64,000 nucleotides of DNA from Bdellovibrionales bacterium (lineage in GTDB: Bacteria > Bdellovibrionota > Bdellovibrionia > Bdellovibrionales > UBA1609): NCBI GenBank assembly GCA_027317865.1, contig DAHVQG010000014.1:12645-76644 (forward strand). The letters run 5' to 3'. Under the pieces are notes generated by a model. That model searched no databases, was not told where the DNA came from, and saw nothing but the letters and a program-made list of their open reading frames with translations. Below, in pieces: positions 44,592 to 54,319 of this stretch (position 1 is its first letter; each line of letters begins with the position of its first letter). A program made the translations under genes and the position numbers.

Positions 44592-45932
44592 ATGGCGCCT
44601 GCCAAAAAGAGAAATTTTGTCATTCAAGATGAAAACGGTTGTACGGTTCGCTACCTCAACTGGCCCGACGGAGCGTCTGATGCTCCCGTCATGGCCGTGT
44701 GGTTGCCACGCGCGCGTCGGGTCGAATTCGTTACCGATATTAAAAAATTCGAAGATGAAAAAGTACCGGTCGAGATTCTTGCAACAATAAAAAAATCGGA
44801 CGTCACCGAAGCGGGCAAAGAAATTCGAATCCCCGAAAGTCGGGGCGATGATTTAACCGGCGCCCGGCGCATCGTTTATTTGAGAGCCGTCAATTCCATT
44901 GAAGATTTTCGTGAAGACGCCCGTGTTTCAAATGAAAAAGAAAAACCTCTGCCGCTATTTTTAAAATACATCACGGCTATTCAGCTTGCCGTTCTCGGCA
45001 TTGTGTTTGTGCTCGCGTGGGTCAGCGCCCGATTTTTTAATTCGACGCCAAAAGCTGTAACCGTTCGTGTCTTTTCACAACAAGATATCAAACAATTTCA
45101 ATCAACACCTCAAATCGTCAATGTCGCCAATCATCGTGTGCGGATGGCACCTCATCAACTCCCGCATGAGTATGCGGCTCGTCACGTTGTTCGGCATGGT
45201 TATAAACGCACGTTTTATCGGCATGCGCGTTACACAACGGCGCGATGGCACGGCCGTGCGGTTAAGTATGCGCGCACTCGTTACGGCCGACCTGGCACAA
45301 GTGTCTCCGATGCCGGAGTTTTAGGAGTACTCGGCGGGATGGGTCCGCAATATCACGGCTCTGGTGGTTTAAATATTCACGCGCGTAACAATAATCCCGG
45401 CATCGGTTACGGCGGTCCGGCGCTACGCGGTGGTTTCGAACGCGGAATGCTCGGAAAGGGTCTCATCGCAACCGGCATTGGCGACGGAAGTTCTTTACAA
45501 GGCTACGGTGGCACTTCGCGCCGTGGAGGTCTCGGTGGTGGTGCTCCCGGATACGGTTACGGTCGCATGCGACTGGCCGGCTCCGCGGGGGCATATTTTG
45601 AACCGATCCCCGAAGACTCGATTGTTGAAGGCGGTCTCGATCGTGACCAAATCAACGCGGTCATTCAGCAGAATTTGGGTCAGATCACGTACTGTTACGA
45701 AGTCGGCCTGCAAAGGCAACCAAGACTTGCCGGTCGCGTAGCGGTGCATTTTGTAATCGGTTCGCGCGGCTGGGTAACGTTCGCGCGCGTGGCTAATACG
45801 TCATTACGTTCGCGGCAAGTTGAAGATTGTATTGTTCAAAAGTTACGCGGCTGGAAGTTTCCGCGCCCCGCAGGCGAAGTGAGCGTACGGGTCACGTACC
45901 CCTTTGTACTCGAACGTTTATCGCCGGGTTAA
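44592..45932 (+). CDS. TonB-like energy transducer with AgmX/PglI C-terminal domain (GltG-like)
   Basis: Single TM, Gly-rich linker, GGLDRDQI..VI...I.YCYE..L...P.L.G.V, C....L..W.FP.P..V.V.YPF. Confidence 0.88.
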   Translation: MAPAKKRNFVIQDENGCTVRYLNWPDGASDAPVMAVWLPRARRVEFVTDIKKFEDEKVPVEILATIKKSDVTEAGKEIRIPESRGDDLTGARRIVYLRAVNSIEDFREDARVSNEKEKPLPLFLKYITAIQLAVLGIVFVLAWVSARFFNSTPKAVTVRVFSQQDIKQFQSTPQIVNVANHRVRMAPHQLPHEYAARHVVRHGYKRTFYRHARYTTARWHGRAVKYARTRYGRPGTSVSDAGVLGVLGGMGPQYHGSGGLNIHARNNNPGIGYGGPALRGGFERGMLGKGLIATGIGDGSSLQGYGGTSRRGGLGGGAPGYGYGRMRLAGSAGAYFEPIPEDSIVEGGLDRDQINAVIQQNLGQITYCYEVGLQRQPRLAGRVAVHFVIGSRGWVTFARVANTSLRSRQVEDCIVQKLRGWKFPRPAGEVSVRVTYPFVLERLSPG

Positions 45933-45968
45933 GAGCGTGTGTTTAATTGAATTTTGAGGAGTTATTTT

Positions 45969-47543
45969 ATGAAAGCTAAAATTCAAACAAAAATTTGGTC
46001 AGGCATGGCACAGATTTTGATGAGCGCTATTGCCGTCTTTGCCGTAACTGCATTAATTGGTTGCGGCCCCGGCGGCTCGTTAACTCAACAAAATCCGCTG
46101 AAAAATTACTCCAATTTAGATGTTGTACCGTGCGGACAAGACGGTACAAATCCAAATTGCACGTCAAACCAAATCAAATACCAAACAAAACAGTCGGAAT
46201 ACCGGGTATTAAGCGCCGCACCTGATCGAGAGTTTATTCAAGGCGTGCCGGGATCATTTAATATTCGAGTCACCGGCGCTATCCGTGAACAGCATGTCAA
46301 CTACCGACTCGTTTTGCAAAATAAAGATTTGATCGCGATGGGCGCCAAACTTACGCGCTCAGCGAACGAACCGTGGGACTGGCAATTTCAATGGACACCT
46401 CCGATTATTCTCAGTTCCGACCAACCATCCAAGGCATTTAATTTGAACATTGAATTTGAGTTAACTGGTAACAATTCGGTTCTCGTGCAAAAGGAACTCG
46501 CCGGTCTCGCCAATAAAAATGCCTGTGATAATTGTGAAATATCGGTCACAAAATCTACCTCTGTACCGATCATTCAAAATGTCACTCCCAAAAAAATTAC
46601 GATTAATGCGAGTCAGGATGTAACTATTAGTTTTACAGTTCTTGCCAAAAACTTTGCCAATAATTCCGGTAATATTACGAGCCGTATTGCAGATGCCCAC
46701 AAGTATATTGTAACTGAATTGCCGATTTTCACTGGCGAAATGGCCGCTACAAATCCTACCCTTGTGAAAAATTTAGGAGTCGATGCAAAAGGTTACACGC
46801 ATTTTCTTTACCAGTTCACATTTTCCGGCCAAGTCTTTGCTGATCAAATTTATAAACAATTGGAGAAGAACAGCTACTGGCATTGGAAGCTTCAGCACGG
46901 TAATGTTCCGTATTCCGAAGCGCAATTTAAAATCGTGGCGCGAAATCATTATAATGGGCAGCGATCCGCTCACAAGATTGTCACGATTGACGTTAATCTC
47001 GACACGAAGGCCGGAACGCCGGCATTCGTTGGCCCCAAACCAAGCATTCAACTCAAAGCGGGTGATACGGCAAGCCACGGCTTTCTAATTGGCACGCAAG
47101 GCGGCCGGGGCGATATTTCGATTAATACCATTGCGATTAATGGTGCGCCTCCGGCAAAAGTTGATAACTGGGGCCGCGCCCAAATCAAAACGAAAGATCT
47201 TACGCTCGATCTTAGCTGTGCCGCTTCGGGAATTAACCTGAACCAAAGCGTGAGCTGCCACACGGGCGAATGTTTACGGACTTGCTTTTTGAATGTGGAG
47301 GCGCCCAATTGTTCGCAAACATCGACGCAGAAAACTCTGACACTGAATCTGAAATCGATATTGGGTATTTCAACCCAACCCGCAACGCTGACTATTCCGA
47401 TCAGCATCTCAGGTCGCTCAAGTTTGTGTGATACCGTGGCCCGTGATGCTGCCACCATACGGCAGCTTACGGCACGTAAAGTTACCGTACGTAAACCCAT
47501 AACGCCGACGAAACGCATAACGAAAAAAGGAGTGCGCTCATGA
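45969..47543 (+). CDS. Beta-rich Cys-containing lipoprotein
   Basis: Lipobox ALIGC; several Cys pairs; Ig-like strand pattern; GAGGAG SD. Confidence 0.75.
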   Translation: MKAKIQTKIWSGMAQILMSAIAVFAVTALIGCGPGGSLTQQNPLKNYSNLDVVPCGQDGTNPNCTSNQIKYQTKQSEYRVLSAAPDREFIQGVPGSFNIRVTGAIREQHVNYRLVLQNKDLIAMGAKLTRSANEPWDWQFQWTPPIILSSDQPSKAFNLNIEFELTGNNSVLVQKELAGLANKNACDNCEISVTKSTSVPIIQNVTPKKITINASQDVTISFTVLAKNFANNSGNITSRIADAHKYIVTELPIFTGEMAATNPTLVKNLGVDAKGYTHFLYQFTFSGQVFADQIYKQLEKNSYWHWKLQHGNVPYSEAQFKIVARNHYNGQRSAHKIVTIDVNLDTKAGTPAFVGPKPSIQLKAGDTASHGFLIGTQGGRGDISINTIAINGAPPAKVDNWGRAQIKTKDLTLDLSCAASGINLNQSVSCHTGECLRTCFLNVEAPNCSQTSTQKTLTLNLKSILGISTQPATLTIPISISGRSSLCDTVARDAATIRQLTARKVTVRKPITPTKRITKKGVRS

Positions 47544-48313
47544 AACCGTCAAAAACCTTTGTACTTGCCTCGAGCCTAATCGCGGCTGCGGCATTTGCGG
47601 CGTTTACTTCTTTGTCGCTGATTGCACAAACGGCGCATGCCGACAACCTCAGTAACGAACTCGACAGCTTGGGCGGTTCGCCCGCTCTCGTGCAAGAAGC
47701 GCGCGACCTTGAGCCGGACAATCAAATGGCCGTGGTCGAAAATCGTGCCGTCAATCTCAACTGGCGCCTTGAACTCGGCATCGACATGGGACTTGTCGGT
47801 GGCGGCGACTCTTACGTCAATACGCAAGCGCTCGGCGCCAACGCGGACTTGCACATCGACCCCCATTGGTCCTTCGGAGTGCGCTATTTAAGCTACAACA
47901 ATACGCTCACGGCGCAGGGTCAACAGGTGTTTCAGCAGGCCGAATCTTCGCAGGCCATTAACGGCGGCGGCGCCAGTACAGCGGCCGTTAGTTATCCGCT
48001 CGATACCACTCTAGGAGTGGTGAGTTTCTACCCCATCTACGGAAAACTTAATTTATTTAATGAGGCGATTACTCAATTTGATCTTTATGTTTTAGGCGGT
48101 GCCGGTCAGACCACGTCACAAGCTAACGGGTTATCGCCTTACACTTCGACGACCTGGACTGCCGGTGGCGGCGTTGGATTTTGGTGGACACAGCATTTTG
48201 CCTCGCGCCTTGAAGTTCGGTACCAGAGTTACCAAGACAAAATTCTGGCCGATGCGACAACAAGGTCAGAAAGTGACGTAGTCACCATGTTTTCATTAGG
48301 AATTCTTTTATGA
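47540..48313 (+). CDS. Outer-membrane beta-barrel domain protein (GltA/B/H-like)
   Basis: Signal peptide; VVENR....R.E; PIYGKLNL...QFDLY...GAG; RLEVRY; hydrophobic C-terminal strand. Confidence 0.85.
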   Translation: MKPSKTFVLASSLIAAAAFAAFTSLSLIAQTAHADNLSNELDSLGGSPALVQEARDLEPDNQMAVVENRAVNLNWRLELGIDMGLVGGGDSYVNTQALGANADLHIDPHWSFGVRYLSYNNTLTAQGQQVFQQAESSQAINGGGASTAAVSYPLDTTLGVVSFYPIYGKLNLFNEAITQFDLYVLGGAGQTTSQANGLSPYTSTTWTAGGGVGFWWTQHFASRLEVRYQSYQDKILADATTRSESDVVTMFSLGILL

Positions 48314-49275
48314 CAACGGTGCGCGCAATTTGGATTCAAATAAAAATACGATCGCGGCAAATCAATTGGACACTTCTGGCCGTGGTTGTCGGTTGTGCCG
48401 CATTTATCCTCTCAATCGGTTTGCACAGTTTTGCCTTCACTCCCCGAGAGCAAGATCGCGCGGTTCGAACCCGTGTTCGGCCCGCGAACGAAACAGCAGT
48501 TATTTTGCGCGACATCCATTGGGCGGCACAGCTCGGCGTGCGCAATCGGCCCATCGTTGGTTTAAAAATTTTGGATCGAATGGCGTTAAACCAAACGACC
48601 GTCCGCTCAATGACGCGTAACGAGCGCGACTTGTGGCATCTCACGAAGGCGCGATTACTCGTTCAGATGCATGATCTCGACGGCGCGCTGAAGCAATACA
48701 ACATGATTAAAAAAGGTTCGCCGTTTTGGCTCGACGCCATTGAAGAAAAAGGTGAAGTAACCGCGCGCAAAGGCGAATACGCAAAAGCTTTGGCTATTTT
48801 GCAAACGGCGCTTGCACCGCAATTTAAAAACCAAGTCGACCCACATACTTTTTTTGTCGCCTCTTTAACTCACCTACGAATTTGCGACTACCCGGGCGTG
48901 TTCGTCGTCAGCCAGCAATTTAAACGAAACATTAATGCACGGCTGCCGGAGTGGCGTAAACGGGCGGCAAAGGGCGACCCCTATGCGAAACGATTGATCG
49001 CTGAAACCAAAAAGACTTTACACGAATTGCAAATTATTGAAGCCGACACCATTCAGCGCATGGCTTTGGCGAAGAAAGCGGCCAATGGCAAAGAAATCGG
49101 TCATATAACCGATAACGAAAATGTTTTATTGTTTCCGGTTTCAGAATCGCCGCACCCCGAGGTCTGGCGCGATGAACTCGGCCATTATCAGGCCCTCATG
49201 CGCACGTGCCCGAGTTCGAAAATACATGGCGAAACAAGATTTGCCTCTAATTCTGAGCGAGGGACCAAAATATGA
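48310..49275 (+). CDS. TPR protein (GltC-like)
   Basis: ARL..Q...A...Y..I.K.S..W..A.EE; LRICDY; E.W.DELG.Y....C. Confidence 0.7.
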   Translation: MTTVRAIWIQIKIRSRQINWTLLAVVVGCAAFILSIGLHSFAFTPREQDRAVRTRVRPANETAVILRDIHWAAQLGVRNRPIVGLKILDRMALNQTTVRSMTRNERDLWHLTKARLLVQMHDLDGALKQYNMIKKGSPFWLDAIEEKGEVTARKGEYAKALAILQTALAPQFKNQVDPHTFFVASLTHLRICDYPGVFVVSQQFKRNINARLPEWRKRAAKGDPYAKRLIAETKKTLHELQIIEADTIQRMALAKKAANGKEIGHITDNENVLLFPVSESPHPEVWRDELGHYQALMRTCPSSKIHGETRFASNSERGTKI

Positions 49276-50546
49276 AAACGTCGCCTTCCAATCTCTGGCT
49301 CTTCGTATTGAAATTCGCAATTGTGAGCGCGGCAGCTGGGATGTTGGCCGCCTGTTCACAGCCCCGCGACGGGTGGGTTGCGACTCCTGAACAAATGCCG
49401 ATTCAAGTTAACGAATCGAGCGGCCTTTTGAACCACGATTATACTCCTAAAGCGGAATTTTTGTTTGTCGAAGATAATTCAGATAGTATGCAGCCGCACA
49501 TCGACAAGGTTGACCGCAACATCGCACAGTTCGTGAATGAATTTTCGAAAAATAACCCTGTGGAGTTTCATTTTGCGGTCGTTTCAATTTACGACTCGCG
49601 CACGTACCAATCCCCTTCGTTTTTTAAACAGTTCGGCAAAAATGCCCACTATTATCGTTGCGGCCAATTTCACCACGTTAAAGATGCGAACGATCAAGTC
49701 ATCCCGAACAAATACTATATTTCGTCGAGCGACCCGGACTGGAAGAGCGAACTCAAAAATACGATGGAAATCGGCGTGCAGCATCTTAACCAAGGCGGCC
49801 CTAACTACGAAGAAACATTTTCTCCGGTCGCGGCAGTTTGGGGATTTCATCAACCCGTTGAATTTAACGGTACGAAAGCATTGCAAGAAATTGCCCAACT
49901 TAACCAAATTCGCGAAGGTTTTAGTTTTCACGACCCGCGCGCCTTTAAAGTAATTTTCTTTGTTACCGACGCCAATGACGATTCAAATATCAGTGCAACT
50001 GAATTGTATGCCGATTTGAAAAAATCAACGGGCGGCAACGGCTCGCGCGTGTGGGGATTTGGCGCGATTGTTCCACCAAGCTGCACACTTTGCCAACGCG
50101 ACGATGCCGGGCCACCGTATAAACTTGAGCGATTTTTGAAACTCACCAATCATTTGCCGTTTCAAAAACTCGCTAACGGTCAAATTGTTCAAGAATCAAA
50201 TGCCGTTTCGCTTTACAGTAACTCTTTCGGCAAAGATTTCGCCAACTGGGGCAAATCGATTCGTAACAAATTGGTTACTCAGGTGATTCCGTTACGTTAT
50301 GCCCCCCTTATTGACGGCAACAGCCGTTACACGCTGCGCGTATTCTACGGCAACCAAGACATCCCCTTTGAAAGTTCAAAGGGGGTCATCGGCTATACAT
50401 ACGATCCAAATAACCACTCGATCGTTTTAGATAAGCACTTACAATTACAGCCGATTCCTGGTGCAAAGCTTCATATCCGCTACACCGCAATTCCGCCGCA
50501 AGCGATTTTAAATGGAGACGTAAGCGAATATATTTCGCCACAGTAG
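49272..50546 (+). CDS. VWA-domain lipoprotein (CglB-like adhesin candidate)
   Basis: Lipobox LAAC; MIDAS FVEDNSDSM and FVTDA; C-terminal beta domain YTYDP..HSI. Confidence 0.82.
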   Translation: MKTSPSNLWLFVLKFAIVSAAAGMLAACSQPRDGWVATPEQMPIQVNESSGLLNHDYTPKAEFLFVEDNSDSMQPHIDKVDRNIAQFVNEFSKNNPVEFHFAVVSIYDSRTYQSPSFFKQFGKNAHYYRCGQFHHVKDANDQVIPNKYYISSSDPDWKSELKNTMEIGVQHLNQGGPNYEETFSPVAAVWGFHQPVEFNGTKALQEIAQLNQIREGFSFHDPRAFKVIFFVTDANDDSNISATELYADLKKSTGGNGSRVWGFGAIVPPSCTLCQRDDAGPPYKLERFLKLTNHLPFQKLANGQIVQESNAVSLYSNSFGKDFANWGKSIRNKLVTQVIPLRYAPLIDGNSRYTLRVFYGNQDIPFESSKGVIGYTYDPNNHSIVLDKHLQLQPIPGAKLHIRYTAIPPQAILNGDVSEYISPQ

Positions 50547-50655
50547 ACTTACAGTAGAATTTTTACTGTGACCGGATCTGTAAACGCGTTATTTCTTGCG
50601 CGAACGCCCCCCGTTTTGGCATAAAAAGGCCAGTTCGTATGGGGGGCCAAAGCCA

Positions 50656-52017
50656 GTGAATTCCACGGCTTTATTTTCTTTTGTAATAGCGTCAATTCTT
50701 CTACCGTTTACGCCTTGCGCGTTTGCAGCGGCACGGCCGACGAAAGCGCCACCCCTCGTATTGACACTTAAGGCCGCAGCCGAAAAAGCGCTCCGCTTGA
50801 ATCCACAACTTGGCGAAAAAGAAGAACACATTAATCAAATGGAAGCGCAGATTCCGATCACCCGGTCGCAACTGCTTCCGAACATTAAATTGACCGCGAC
50901 AGAAAGCCGTGCAAAAGGCGCGCTTCTTTATCCGCTTTCGTTATTTAACGGCAATCCGTACAACCAGTACGAGACAACCTTGTCGTTAACCCAACCGTTA
51001 TTTGCAATCGGCAGCATCTCGGCTATCCACGCCGCAAGACTCGATCGCAATATTAGCCAACTTGATGCGCAGATCGATCGGCGCAATCTCCTAAGCCAAT
51101 TAATACAGGCCTATTTTCAGGTCGTAATGACGACGCGGAACAAGCAAATTCTTCAACAACAATTTAAAATTTTGAAGGAGTCGTTTCAAACCGCCGTCCA
51201 TCGTGCGCGGATCGGCCGCAGTCAGCTCCTGGATGCGCTTCAAACGAAAACGCAATTGGCGCTTCTTGATTCGCAGATTGCAAATGCGACCAGCCAGTAC
51301 GAAGTGGCCGTCGCGCAACTCGCAAACGTAATCGGCGAACCGAAGCTCACGAATTTCGAGATGAAAAATTCGCTCAAAGTGCCTTCTCTTAAATCGGTCG
51401 ACCAAATGATTCAACCTTCGCTTAAAAATCACACCTATCAACTTCCTGAGCTGCGTGAAAATACACTCAATGCCGAAAAAGTCGCCGATCAAAAAGAAGA
51501 AATGCTCGGAGAAAATTTGCCATCGCTCGAATTCGTCGGCTCGTATGGGGAACTTTCATACAAAAAATCAGATCTTTTTACCGGACCCGCACAAGAATGG
51601 AACATCGGGTTACAACTCAACGTCCCTCTGTTTTCAGGGCTCTCGACGCTGTATCAATTGCGCTCCTATGCCTCGCAAGAGCGGCAACTTGATATCGACC
51701 GTCGAAACATTGAAAACCAAATGACTTTGCAACAGGTGTCGGCGCGCAAGACGTTGCAGTCAGCGGCGCGTTCGATTCTTTCTGGTGAAGCGGCGTTGAA
51801 ACTCGCGCGGGCCTCATCAGACGAAGCCCGTCGCGACTATCGCTACGCGACGATTGATGTTTTGCAATTTCTGCAGGTGCAAACGTCATATATGCAGGCG
51901 GAATCCGCGCTCAACACGTACAAGTACAACTACCTTGTGGCTCTGGCGAATTACTATGTCGCAAACGGCCAGCCGATGATGAATTTGATTAATTTACTTG
52001 AGGAGATAAACAAATGA
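50656..52017 (+). CDS. TolC-family outer-membrane channel
   Basis: LTL..A...AL..NP, LTQPLF, LNVPLFSG two-repeat OEP pattern; GTG start after GGGGGG. Confidence 0.88.
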   Translation: MNSTALFSFVIASILLPFTPCAFAAARPTKAPPLVLTLKAAAEKALRLNPQLGEKEEHINQMEAQIPITRSQLLPNIKLTATESRAKGALLYPLSLFNGNPYNQYETTLSLTQPLFAIGSISAIHAARLDRNISQLDAQIDRRNLLSQLIQAYFQVVMTTRNKQILQQQFKILKESFQTAVHRARIGRSQLLDALQTKTQLALLDSQIANATSQYEVAVAQLANVIGEPKLTNFEMKNSLKVPSLKSVDQMIQPSLKNHTYQLPELRENTLNAEKVADQKEEMLGENLPSLEFVGSYGELSYKKSDLFTGPAQEWNIGLQLNVPLFSGLSTLYQLRSYASQERQLDIDRRNIENQMTLQQVSARKTLQSAARSILSGEAALKLARASSDEARRDYRYATIDVLQFLQVQTSYMQAESALNTYKYNYLVALANYYVANGQPMMNLINLLEEINK

Positions 52018-52835
52018 TATTTCGACAATATGTAAAAATGCTGCGCGGGAGCATCTGGATCTTGGCCGCTGCACTGTTGGTTTTTGGCAGCCTGCAGGCT
52101 TTTAGCCAACAACTGACCGAAACGCAGATTCGGGCAATGGCACTTGATAAGTACAAAACTCCGGCGGGTGAAAATTCAGATGACGGTATGATCAATGTTC
52201 AAGTGCCGCAGTCAACACTGACATTTCGAGCTCGCAAAAATCTTTTTCAAACTCCACACGACACAATTGAAACAACGTTTTCAAGTTGGGCGCCGAAAAG
52301 TTTTACGCTGCCGTCTTATGCGCAAAACACGACCCCTTACAATACGGTCGATGTGCCGCAAGTTTCGATTAATCTCATCATGAACGGGATGAACATTTCT
52401 TCGCGGTATAGCCCCGGTAACGGTGGCTTTGTGCTTCGCCCAAAGATCGGCTTTAGCTACGCTCAGTTTGCGCGCTCTGGCGCTCTGGCTCTCAGCTCCC
52501 AAAGTTTAACCGTTACCGATCACATGAATTTTTACTCTCTTCGCGGCGGTGTCGAATTCACGACACGTAATTCTTTTTATCGGTTGAAACCGCTTTTGAG
52601 TGTGGCCCTTTTGCCGTCTTGGGAACAATCCGCCACATCGGCATTTTCTGACGGGATTAGCAAAACCGCACTTCTTTATGAGGGACTGATCGGCGTTTCG
52701 CTCAAAGTATTGGCAAACCCCGGACTTGGTTTTCGTTCGCTTGATGTTGAAGCCGGAGCGGAACACGCACAAGCTTTTAGCGATAATTCATTGGCCGCCA
52801 CGGCGGGATATGCCGGGCTGAGGGCAACTTTATGA
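52014..52835 (+). CDS. Secreted, probable outer-membrane beta-barrel protein
   Basis: Signal peptide; amphipathic strands; ends YAGLRATL; ATGA overlaps on both sides. Confidence 0.65.
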   Translation: MIFRQYVKMLRGSIWILAAALLVFGSLQAFSQQLTETQIRAMALDKYKTPAGENSDDGMINVQVPQSTLTFRARKNLFQTPHDTIETTFSSWAPKSFTLPSYAQNTTPYNTVDVPQVSINLIMNGMNISSRYSPGNGGFVLRPKIGFSYAQFARSGALALSSQSLTVTDHMNFYSLRGGVEFTTRNSFYRLKPLLSVALLPSWEQSATSAFSDGISKTALLYEGLIGVSLKVLANPGLGFRSLDVEAGAEHAQAFSDNSLAATAGYAGLRATL

Positions 52836-54313
52836 AAAAGAACATTAATAACTTTAATAGAATTATTCTTACAATAGCTGCGGCAATTGTAGCGGCGACG
52901 ACCATCACCGCATGTGGCAGTGATTACAATTTAAACGATTACCGCCGCGAACAGCTCAACAATAGCATGGGCGAATTACAGCGAGCCGCCGGCAATTATT
53001 CTGGTCTTGCCATTTCAAAGCTTGACGGGAGTACTCTCGGCGCATTCGAAGTCAACGTGCAACCGAAAATGACCCCGACCCCCGCAAGTGGTCAAACGAC
53101 GGCCTCGGCGACCCCCAATTTAGTTGTAACGGTGTCATTTACGGGACCCGGTTTTTCAGGCGCTACGATCGTCTTTCAAGACGGCCGTTACGCCGGTAAC
53201 AGCGGCGGACAATTTGAAGCGCAATGCCCAGCTCCTGGTACAACCGGACCGTGCGTACAGATGAACAGTCAACAATCGAGCGGGCAATCGACGGTCACCG
53301 GACCATCGACAGCAAATCCCCTCGTTATTGACGGTACCATTTCAAGCGGCCGTTTTGTTGGGCACCTTTACTCGCAAACCGCTCCTCAATACGGTATTAC
53401 CTTTAACCTTGCGCGAAACGGCTTAAGCGCGAGAGAACTGCTCAAAAATCAGCGGCTTCAGGCCAGCAAATTCGCCACTCAACATTACTACGAGGGTGAG
53501 ACTTATTTTTCATACAGTTCAAGACAAACCATACGTAAGCCCGTCGTGCTTACGCTGACTGAACCGCCTTTAACGCCGTCGCTTGATCAATTTTATTATT
53601 TACTCGTACCCGATGTCCCATTGGTAGCCACGCTCAACTATGGCAATGGTGCCATCCTTGCCTTTGATGCAAATTTTGATAAACGGCTCGGCGAACTCAG
53701 CGGCAGTACGCCGTGGAACAAGATATTTCCGAGCTCTTCGATTACAAGTCTTGTCACCTTAAATTGCACGGAGCTTGACAGTCAAAAGGCGTTCGACTGC
53801 CAGTTGGCAACCGGTAATAACGGCGTAATGGCATCAGCCGTTGTAACGAGCGAACACACAGTCTCCGAGCCGCCAGATAACCCCGATACGCGGGCAAACC
53901 AAACTCGAACTTATTACGGATCAATTCAACTCTCACGCGCTGGCTTTAGTTTCAACGATAAAACTCCCGTTACTCTGACGGTGATCTACGAAGCTCGCGA
54001 CCGCGTCGATGAAATTTCAAATCTTTTGTTCCCCGATTCAGAAAAGCAGGTGCAAGTGTCATGGCAAGAAGTGGCCGACCCTGACATTAACTTTTCATTT
54101 TCAAATGCCATCTGGGACGGCTTAGACGGCACTCTTAATAAAACTCAGTCCCTGCAAATACCGAACAGTACGGCCACTGGGTTAACTTCAATCTCGTGTT
54201 CAAATTTTTTCTTCTATGAGAAAACGACGCCGTTTACATGCCAATTTTTCAATACCTTCGGCAATGTAAGCGGCACTATGACTTTTAACGGCCACGCAAC
54301 AAACGGAGATTAA
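52832..54313 (+). CDS. Lipoprotein with three tandem beta-rich repeats
   Basis: Lipobox ITAC; repeats start GNYSG, YYEG, TYYG, each with a Cys pair. Confidence 0.72.
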   Translation: MKKNINNFNRIILTIAAAIVAATTITACGSDYNLNDYRREQLNNSMGELQRAAGNYSGLAISKLDGSTLGAFEVNVQPKMTPTPASGQTTASATPNLVVTVSFTGPGFSGATIVFQDGRYAGNSGGQFEAQCPAPGTTGPCVQMNSQQSSGQSTVTGPSTANPLVIDGTISSGRFVGHLYSQTAPQYGITFNLARNGLSARELLKNQRLQASKFATQHYYEGETYFSYSSRQTIRKPVVLTLTEPPLTPSLDQFYYLLVPDVPLVATLNYGNGAILAFDANFDKRLGELSGSTPWNKIFPSSSITSLVTLNCTELDSQKAFDCQLATGNNGVMASAVVTSEHTVSEPPDNPDTRANQTRTYYGSIQLSRAGFSFNDKTPVTLTVIYEARDRVDEISNLLFPDSEKQVQVSWQEVADPDINFSFSNAIWDGLDGTLNKTQSLQIPNSTATGLTSISCSNFFFYEKTTPFTCQFFNTFGNVSGTMTFNGHATNGD

Positions 54314-54319
54314 ACAATA

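Noticed and set aside
50616-50632. Sigma54 promoter before tolC (TGGCATAAAAAGGC)
   Set aside because: GG-GC spacing is 9 nt rather than the required 10
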